In this document: one piece after another, positions 55,046 through 61,347 of the stretch
Layout of the letters: every line of letters starts with the position of its first letter
Numbering within the stretch: the stretch's first letter is position 1
DNA from: a virus
Lineage: Duplodnaviria > Caudoviricetes
Virus record (IMG/VR): IMGVR_UViG_3300025736_000026
Span: 1-61,347 of that record
Reading direction: 5' to 3' (one strand)
DNA: 61,347 bases
Translations under genes and position numbers: made by a program
The notes under the pieces: model-generated
Told to the model about the DNA's origin: nothing
The model's input: only the letters and a program-made list of their open reading frames with translations
Databases searched by the model: none

Positions 55046-56317
55046 TTAACCTCCAGCATTTAATGCGCTACTGCGTATGTCTAAATTCATAGTAGCAAAA
55101 TCGTATTCACTTTCTATTTCTTGACCCTTCCTATTATTACGATTCTTCGCAACAAATAAACGCCATGTATTATTTTTATGCTCATCCTCTGTTTGGCATA
55201 TAGTTATAATGACATCTGTAATCATTACTTTTTCGAAGGATTCTGAAACATTTTCCATCCCATAAATAATTTTATCCACCGCAGTTCTATTCGTTTGTGT
55301 GGCACTCCATACCGGAATTTTTCTTTCTGCGGCGATCATACGAAGGCCTTCCGTATTTGCACCTAAGCCATCGCGTTTGTCCATACTTCGATCCCACATA
55401 ATAAGATCTAGATAATCGACAATGACTAAATCGGGTACAAAATCTTGGTCGGCTAGCATATCAAGATGCGTTTGTATTTTAGCAATGGGGCAAGTTTTAG
55501 TTGGATATTCGACTATGTAAATACTATTATCAAATTTGTTGTCAGAATTGAGTTTATGTATACGTTTACACTTTTCTTCAAAACGTATACGCAATTCATT
55601 TATAGGAATTTCGGATAGACTCGCTTCGTACCTCATGCGAGTTCGCTCCGCAGAGAGTTCGAATGTAAAGTGTGCTACCTTATAGTTATGTAAAACTGCT
55701 TGCTTCCCTAAATAGCATAACATCATACTTTTACCTACGCCTGGAGGAGCCATTATAAGACCTAGCTCACCGAGGCCTAAACCACCGCCTAAAGCTTCAT
55801 CAAGAGGTTCGATAGAAGTAGCTACCTTACGTACATCTTCAGTGTAAGGCTCTCCAATAGAAGCGAATAAATTTAAACCTGAATTTGAACTGGAACGTGA
55901 TAATTTTGAGGTAGCTTGGATTATCGAAGTGGCCTTATCGAAATCTCCCTTTTCAAGGGCCGAGGCAGCTTTAACGAGGTTATTTTTAAAATTTTGTTGC
56001 TGTATAAATTCGTATACTTGTTGGGTATACCAATCAGGGTTTTCTACTTCTACATTAAGGGCTGCTTGAATTGCCTTTTGTACTTGAACGTGGCCTCTTT
56101 TCTCAAGTTCAAATAGTAGTTGCTCTTGCGTAGGTAAATTATCATATTCCTTATAAAAAGCAAATATTATATCTACACACGCCTTCGAAAGATCATCCTC
56201 AAATACATGAGATAAATCTTTCAAATGTCTTAATTTAGTAACTACATTTTTATCCTTAAGAATAAGGGCCAGAAGAGTTAATTTAAATTCGTTACCGAAT
56301 ATTAAACTCTCCGGCAT
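55046..56317 (-). CDS. DnaB-like replicative helicase
   Basis: APPGVGKS, FTFEL, IVDYLD, SATQTNR, KNR. Confidence 0.93.
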   Translation of the reverse strand: MPESLIFGNEFKLTLLALILKDKNVVTKLRHLKDLSHVFEDDLSKACVDIIFAFYKEYDNLPTQEQLLFELEKRGHVQVQKAIQAALNVEVENPDWYTQQVYEFIQQQNFKNNLVKAASALEKGDFDKATSIIQATSKLSRSSSNSGLNLFASIGEPYTEDVRKVATSIEPLDEALGGGLGLGELGLIMAPPGVGKSMMLCYLGKQAVLHNYKVAHFTFELSAERTRMRYEASLSEIPINELRIRFEEKCKRIHKLNSDNKFDNSIYIVEYPTKTCPIAKIQTHLDMLADQDFVPDLVIVDYLDLIMWDRSMDKRDGLGANTEGLRMIAAERKIPVWSATQTNRTAVDKIIYGMENVSESFEKVMITDVIITICQTEDEHKNNTWRLFVAKNRNNRKGQEIESEYDFATMNLDIRSSALNAGG

Positions 56318-56891
56318 TGTGCGCCTCCAACCAACTTATTTGTGCCGCTTCTAGAGTCGAGGTACTACCACATGCATAGTAGCGTGTCATAAGTGAGATT
56401 GCATAAGCATCTGCTATATGAGAAATAGGATTAATATCTTTTTTTAATTTGGGTGTTGGTATCCAATCGATCATGTCTAAAGCTTTATCAATCATATCTT
56501 CTTTGGGGGCATTTCCGCTACTAGTAAAAAATTTCTTGATTTGTCCTATACCAAATATAAATAAAGGCATGCGTGTTCTGTATAAATGCATTTTATATAC
56601 ACCAGTGATTTCACCTATGGTAAAAACTGAACGTGAATTTTTCCCCCCTTTGCCATAAGCGTAATCTTCTAGGCCATAATAAGCATTTGGATATTGCGAA
56701 ATAAGTTCTAAGAAGCGTTCGTAGTAAAAATTTACGCGTTTAATACCTTTAAGAGGACAGTCCCATATCTCGGATATGACCTTATCGCCTTCAGCATTAA
56801 TACCCACGATACCAGCATTGCGCACCATAATGTCCAACCCAAAGAATACGGAAGGATTCACAATTTTTGTTCTGGGTATTTTCACAAGCAC
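56292..56891 (-). CDS. RuvC-like Holliday junction resolvase
   Basis: FGLD, LEDYAY, GEITGV, IKKFFTSSGNAPK, IADAY. Confidence 0.88.
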   Translation of the reverse strand: MLVKIPRTKIVNPSVFFGLDIMVRNAGIVGINAEGDKVISEIWDCPLKGIKRVNFYYERFLELISQYPNAYYGLEDYAYGKGGKNSRSVFTIGEITGVYKMHLYRTRMPLFIFGIGQIKKFFTSSGNAPKEDMIDKALDMIDWIPTPKLKKDINPISHIADAYAISLMTRYYACGSTSTLEAAQISWLEAHNAGEFNIR

Positions 56892-56928
56892 AACCTTTTT
56901 TCAAATCTACTTAAAAATTGTATTATTT

Positions 56929-57040
56929 TACCAAGTACATACAAAGTAATTTACTTTGTCCCTATTACTATTAATGTTATTACGTAAGATTCTAAAATAT
57001 ACCCATTAAACTTTAAATATCGAGATTTAACTTTGTAAAC
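56929..57040 (+). promoter_or_regulatory. composite site copy C
   Basis: ACCAAGTACATACAAAGTAATTTACTTTGT (ends 56959), then GAGATTTAACTTTGTAAAC from 57022. Confidence 0.8.
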
Positions 57041-57097
57041 CATCTTTTAAAGTCTTTTAGGCTAAGAACTTCAGGAGTAGATGAAACTTTTAGAGTT

Positions 57098-57146
57098 AAA
57101 AAGTACGCCGCCTATGAGAGCGTATAAATACATATAAGCGGCGTAC
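57098..57146 (-). terminator. probable intrinsic terminator
   Basis: GTACGCCGC...GCGGCGTAC followed by a T-run on the minus strand. Confidence 0.55.
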
Positions 57147-57166
57147 TGACACCAGGAGGTTGCTGA

Positions 57167-57547
57167 TTATTTTTCGACGCGCTGTAAGATTCCCCGTACC
57201 TTCTCGAAAAATTCCGCGAGCGTCATATCCAGATTGAAAATGCGTACAGCGATAACATTCGTAGCGTGCTCCTTGCCCGGAGGTTGCTTACCTCCAGTAT
57301 GTCCGAACCATTCAAGGTTCAAAGCTGCTGACATAATTGCCGCGCAGTGCTCAGGAATACGGCTGATAGATACAGGATCTTCCTGCGCTGTGGGCAAAAG
57401 TTGTTTAAGCATTTCTTGAATGATACGCACATCTTCAGAGGCAGTGCGTGCGGGAGGCTCGGGCTGCGTTTCTGTTTCCACCACATCCGTATCACGTGCG
57501 TCCTCTGCTACCTTTGCTACCTCTTCCTCTCTCTTCCTGCCGATCAT
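57167..57547 (-). CDS. hypothetical protein
   Basis: AAGGAGGT RBS. Confidence 0.75.
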   Translation of the reverse strand: MIGRKREEEVAKVAEDARDTDVVETETQPEPPARTASEDVRIIQEMLKQLLPTAQEDPVSISRIPEHCAAIMSAALNLEWFGHTGGKQPPGKEHATNVIAVRIFNLDMTLAEFFEKVRGILQRVEK

Positions 57548-57559
57548 GAAATTACCTCC

Positions 57560-57763
57560 TTATATCAAATGTAAAAGTATAAGTCCGATACAAGCAATTA
57601 AAGTTGTTCGCACGAAAGCCATTGTCCAATTCGCTATCTCCCAGATGCTACGTTTACAGCGATCCGCTGGGGGAGGAAGTATCCCGAATAGATTAGTAAA
57701 AGCGTAATAAACCGCGTATAGAAGCAATATACTTCCGGCTAGCTTACTGATGGTACTCACCAT
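57560..57763 (-). CDS. small membrane protein (2 TM)
   Basis: MVSTISKLAGSILLLYAV...; start just after SSB stop; longer track start overlaps SSB. Confidence 0.55.
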   Translation of the reverse strand: MVSTISKLAGSILLLYAVYYAFTNLFGILPPPADRCKRSIWEIANWTMAFVRTTLIACIGLILLHLI

Positions 57764-57764
57764 A

Positions 57765-58574
57765 TTAAGAGGCCGGTGTATCGATTTCGCAATCGAAATT
57801 GTACTCACAGGCTTTACATTTTTCGTCATCAGGATTGTACTTCTTGTAACACTCCGGCTTTCCCTTTTTCGCCGGCGGCGATTTCTCGTTGCTTTCTGTA
57901 TCGGATGAAGCCTCAATGGGTGGAGCCTCTGCAGGGGCCGACGAGGTAGCTTCACCCGCGACAACAGCGTGCATTTCATCGTAGGTATAGTAATCGATGA
58001 TATCTTCGAGATTGAGGAGGGCCTCGATAGAAATTTCTGATGGTGAAGGATCTTTCCGAGCCCGAATGGATGGATACGTGGTATCGAGACCTTCTCCGAC
58101 GCGCTCGATAACGATGTCGTAACCCGTCTTTATGTCCAGCAAACCTGGACCCCAATCCTCGTCATCGAGGAGAGCGACAATACCCTTGAATACCGTCGCA
58201 CCGGTATTGAAAATTTGCACTCCGTTTTCGGGAGCCTTACGATCAACAAGCTGCAGGTAGTAACGCGCGGATGCGTTAAGTCCGCTAGCCTTTTTACGAT
58301 CGCCAGCTTCGCGGAGCCTATCTACCTCCTCGCAAAGGGCGCATTTCTCGCCCTTCATTTTACTGAGGCATGGAAAAGAAGTGCTTTTCGAACGCACCCA
58401 ATGTCCCCACACCTTGTGATAGAAAGGTTTCCCCTCCGCTGAGGCGGGTAGAACACGTACAACGTTCTTACCTACTTGAGGCGTCCAATAAGGACCCCGC
58501 GCAGATCGTCTCTCGATATCTTTCATCTCTTGTCTGAGATCGTCGATATCGACACCATACTTATTCACGGCCAT
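57765..58574 (-). CDS. single-stranded DNA-binding protein, T4 gp32-like
   Basis: VRVLP, HW, C...CALCE, GYDIVIERVGEGLDTTY; AAGGAGGT RBS before ATG 58574. Confidence 0.85.
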   Translation of the reverse strand: MAVNKYGVDIDDLRQEMKDIERRSARGPYWTPQVGKNVVRVLPASAEGKPFYHKVWGHWVRSKSTSFPCLSKMKGEKCALCEEVDRLREAGDRKKASGLNASARYYLQLVDRKAPENGVQIFNTGATVFKGIVALLDDEDWGPGLLDIKTGYDIVIERVGEGLDTTYPSIRARKDPSPSEISIEALLNLEDIIDYYTYDEMHAVVAGEATSSAPAEAPPIEASSDTESNEKSPPAKKGKPECYKKYNPDDEKCKACEYNFDCEIDTPAS

Positions 58575-58680
58575 TTTCAAAACCTCCTTCGTTACAGTAA
58601 GATTATTCTCTATATAATTATACAAAATTTAAAATTAAAATTTAATCGAGAGCCTTTATTATGTATTTTCCGAAAGGTTT

Positions 58681-59079
58681 TTACCTATGATTTAAAACGC
58701 TTAAAGACTTTTTATAAGCTTCACGACGTTTAAGTATTTTTTTGTCTCTAGGACTTCTGCTTCCTCTACCAAGTTTATACAACCTTTTATACCTGTAAAA
58801 ACTCAATACTAATAATGCTCGGCGCTTTTTATCGTGTAAATAGGGTAATATCTCATATAAAAAGTTTGCAGCTGCGCTACCGCTTAAATTCAAACGTAAA
58901 ACCCTTCTTTTTGAAGTGGGAGCTCGAAATTCATAAAGATTCCCGCCCCAGATTGAATGTAGCCACTTTATTGTAGATAGGCACGTATTCCCTATCGAAA
59001 TACGTAATGTATAATCTACTGTAATCTGAATGGAGCCCTCGCCATCGAAATAGCCCGCTGTGTAAGCCTTGAAACTCAT
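58681..59079 (-). CDS. free-standing LAGLIDADG homing endonuclease
   Basis: YTAGYFDGEGSI...ILPYLHDKK. Confidence 0.88.
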   Translation of the reverse strand: MSFKAYTAGYFDGEGSIQITVDYTLRISIGNTCLSTIKWLHSIWGGNLYEFRAPTSKRRVLRLNLSGSAAANFLYEILPYLHDKKRRALLVLSFYRYKRLYKLGRGSRSPRDKKILKRREAYKKSLSVLNHR

Positions 59080-59666
59080 CCATTCGAAGCCCCTTCCTCA
59101 GGTACTATTCTCGATTCCCAATCAGCCGAAGCTAAAGCTACTATACCGGGACATTTTTCTAAGGCATCATTAAAAGCAAATTTATGTGGGTAGAAATGTG
59201 TAGCAGCATCAAACGAAGACATATGCCAACGGATCAATAAAATTTCTACCTCAGTAAGCGCAATATATTTCTGTAGTACAATAACGGATTTTTCTCCGTG
59301 GCCTACTGGGAATTGATCTTCTACTTGCCATACGTCTTGTTGAGCCCACTTCCAATTCGTGGATTCGTCCTTGTACCACTTTTTACCCATTTTGTAATAA
59401 TTTATTTTACATGCGTCGTGTAATAATCCTGCTATACGGATAGTATCCCCAGGTAGGTCGAGTTTATAAATACCATTTTTATGCTTGAACAATCTGAAAA
59501 CAGTCCAGCTATGGTATGTCAAACCTCCAGGTTCCGAATCGTGATATCGTGTTGAGGCTGGTGCGGTGAAGAAGTCACTTTCTTCAAGGTACTTAATTAA
59601 TTCAGGTATATCTGGACGCTTTACCTGCACCAGTTCTTCAAGAATTTGATCTTTATAGTATGACAT
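59076..59666 (-). CDS. HD-domain phosphohydrolase
   Basis: FFTAPASTRYH, LLHDACK, GHGEKS, IRWHM. Confidence 0.9.
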   Translation of the reverse strand: MSYYKDQILEELVQVKRPDIPELIKYLEESDFFTAPASTRYHDSEPGGLTYHSWTVFRLFKHKNGIYKLDLPGDTIRIAGLLHDACKINYYKMGKKWYKDESTNWKWAQQDVWQVEDQFPVGHGEKSVIVLQKYIALTEVEILLIRWHMSSFDAATHFYPHKFAFNDALEKCPGIVALASADWESRIVPEEGASNG

Positions 59667-60511
59667 TAGAAATCCTTCATTGTATTAATGACTGCTACAT
59701 TATGTAATATATTAGTCAGTTGTTTACCGCTAATTTTTTGAATGGCGAAATCCATTTTGTGCTCCCAGTCTTTCTTGACGAGACCTTCCTTACCGTAACG
59801 TATACCTTGATAACCGTGTATGAACGCTGAAGAACTATCGCATGACCTTATTAAAGTCATATGTTGATTCGTAGCAAAAGCAAGTTCTCGTCCTAATGTA
59901 AGTCCTAGGAGATGTATAGCTTTAAAGCTACCCTCTTTAAGTTTATTATGTTCTGTGAGTGAGGCGTTTATATTTAACATAACTGTAGAACGAAAGCGGC
60001 ATACACGATCGGTTTTTTCCAGCTTACTTAAATCTGGATGTTCCCAATCCATAAACATATTGATGCCGATTACGCTAAGTTCGTTGTAGCGTTTCATAAG
60101 TTGAAAACACAGCATATACTCCGCAAAGGTACTTCCTTGAGGTACACCCATAAATTTAGCTTTGATACGTCCATGATACTTTTTAATAAAAGCTTCTGTG
60201 AGATCAAGGGTTTTCTCGCGTTGATAGGGATGGTCTAACACTACGATGCAGTCAGGCGAGAAAAATTCATAGGCACGCATAAAATCTTTTTCGGGCATGG
60301 GCTTACCCAGTAAGTACGCAGAGTTATCCATAATGATATACATATTGGGATGCAACGTACGTAGCCGCAGTATATAATCAAAATATTTTTTATTCTCCAA
60401 AGCCATAGCCGCTTCGATGAATAAAAAGTCTTGATGGTCTTCTAACTGCGGCATGAGGGCAACGGGTGCTGTATGAAACATTTTAACACTACTTATCATT
60501 AGATCCTCCAA
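59666..60511 (-). CDS. TIM-barrel protein, TGT/DpdA-like
   Basis: IMDNSAY, GVPQG, IHLLG, RSCDSS resemble the transglycosylase-fold motif order. Confidence 0.55.
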   Translation of the reverse strand: MEDLMISSVKMFHTAPVALMPQLEDHQDFLFIEAAMALENKKYFDYILRLRTLHPNMYIIMDNSAYLLGKPMPEKDFMRAYEFFSPDCIVVLDHPYQREKTLDLTEAFIKKYHGRIKAKFMGVPQGSTFAEYMLCFQLMKRYNELSVIGINMFMDWEHPDLSKLEKTDRVCRFRSTVMLNINASLTEHNKLKEGSFKAIHLLGLTLGRELAFATNQHMTLIRSCDSSSAFIHGYQGIRYGKEGLVKKDWEHKMDFAIQKISGKQLTNILHNVAVINTMKDF

Positions 60512-61043
60512 AGATTTGGATGCGTTTGGCTAATATATGCTTTACAAATTCTAAGCGTTCTACTAAATCGACGCGGGTTATTTCATATATTACTAATTGT
60601 TCTTGATGTAAAACATGTTTGATAGCCTTGGCTACGCTTAGCTGATATTTAACATCCTTCGGACGGTGGCCTTCGCCTTTTAAAGGTATTGCAATAGGAA
60701 TATAGAATAGTATATGTGCGTCTTTACGTGTTGCTTCTAAAGCTATTTTATACGTACCAGGATGAAAGCATTCTTTTTTAACAAATTGATAACCTAATGG
60801 ATCTATAAGGGATCTATCCGAAATAAAATTTTCATGCTGCATAAAAAGTTCTTTGCGCCGTTGAATAAGTATACTTTCATAAAATGGGTCGTACTTGGGG
60901 ATATCCTTAACCGCTTTATCGGTACTCTCACAAAACAATTTACAAGGTATACGCTTTTCACGCTCGAGCCATTTATGTACTTCAAAGGCTAGAGTAGTTT
61001 TACCAGTTCCATGTGCACCCACAAAACAGATTTTTATAGACAT
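60489..61043 (-). CDS. P-loop nucleotide kinase-like (AAA_28/NadR type)
   Basis: GAHGTGKTT, ISDRSLID. Confidence 0.8.
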   Translation of the reverse strand: MSIKICFVGAHGTGKTTLAFEVHKWLEREKRIPCKLFCESTDKAVKDIPKYDPFYESILIQRRKELFMQHENFISDRSLIDPLGYQFVKKECFHPGTYKIALEATRKDAHILFYIPIAIPLKGEGHRPKDVKYQLSVAKAIKHVLHQEQLVIYEITRVDLVERLEFVKHILAKRIQIFGGSNDK

Positions 61044-61047
61044 TTTG

Positions 61048-61344
61048 TTATCCTAAAAAAAGTGCTCCGTTTAAAAAAACGTCGATTGCTTCCCGCGTAC
61101 GATTTTCACCGATAGGCTCGAATACTTTCGCGCTCGCGAAACCGCAATTACAAAATACGTGTAGAGCGTGTCCTTTTAACGCATTAGATCCGTCTTCTCC
61201 ACGAACTTGCCATGCTGCAATATTTAAAACATGGCGTACATCTCCTACGTGTTTATAAGGACAGATGTATTGACTTAGAAAGTTTTCTATATCCGGCTGG
61301 TCTTCAAAATCGACATCATCAAGCTTTTTCATTTCGCACCCCAA
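61048..61344 (-). CDS. hypothetical protein
   Basis: 98 aa ORF at window edge. Confidence 0.55.
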   Translation of the reverse strand: MGCEMKKLDDVDFEDQPDIENFLSQYICPYKHVGDVRHVLNIAAWQVRGEDGSNALKGHALHVFCNCGFASAKVFEPIGENRTREAIDVFLNGALFLG

Positions 61345-61347
61345 TTG

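Noticed and set aside
57081-57137. 18-aa plus-strand ORF downstream of composite site C
   Set aside because: SD-to-ATG spacing is only 3 nt and it overlaps a terminator hairpin; support is insufficient.
58681-59079. LAGLIDADG gene as part of an intron or intein
   Set aside because: The flanking HD and SSB genes are complete, the ORF is ATGA-coupled, and no P7 elements or intein termini were seen.
1-61347. Stop-codon reassignment, tRNA genes, prophage att sites
   Set aside because: Genes are full length in the standard code and all three stops are used; no cloverleaf, integrase or host genes were recognised by eye.

Overview
Most of the genome of a tailed dsDNA phage (siphovirus-type, HK97-like head module, TP901-family tape measure, standard genetic code). 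No integrase, DNA polymerase, tRNA or CRISPR array is visible, and both window edges cut minus-strand gene blocks. Layout: (1) 1-3.7 kb, small minus-strand genes including a sigma-factor-like protein; (2) 3.7-7.1 kb, control/early region with sigma70 promoters, palindromes, tandem repeats and a duplicated mini-cassette; (3) 7.1-53.9 kb, plus-strand late operon (terminase, portal, protease/scaffold, capsid, tail, lysis); (4) 53.9-61.3 kb, minus-strand replication/nucleotide genes (primase, DnaB helicase, RuvC, gp32-like SSB, LAGLIDADG, HD hydrolase, TGT/DpdA-like barrel, P-loop kinase). Main findings: a putative virion-glycan pathway of about 9 enzymes interleaved with the head genes (UDP-arabinopyranose-mutase/RGP homolog, GT9-like, triple GT2-TPR, B12 radical SAM, and three paralogs of a GT-A-like family I do not recognise); a group I intron with an HNH gene splitting the major tail protein; about 730 bp of dual-frame coding between the terminase subunits; three copies of a composite DNA site with an identical 63-bp offset between boxes; a hub/Tal protein apparently split over three genes; two large head-module proteins with Sec signal peptides; a -1 frameshift tail chaperone; and a nested scaffold start. 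All functional calls come from motif recognition by eye; no database searches were run.
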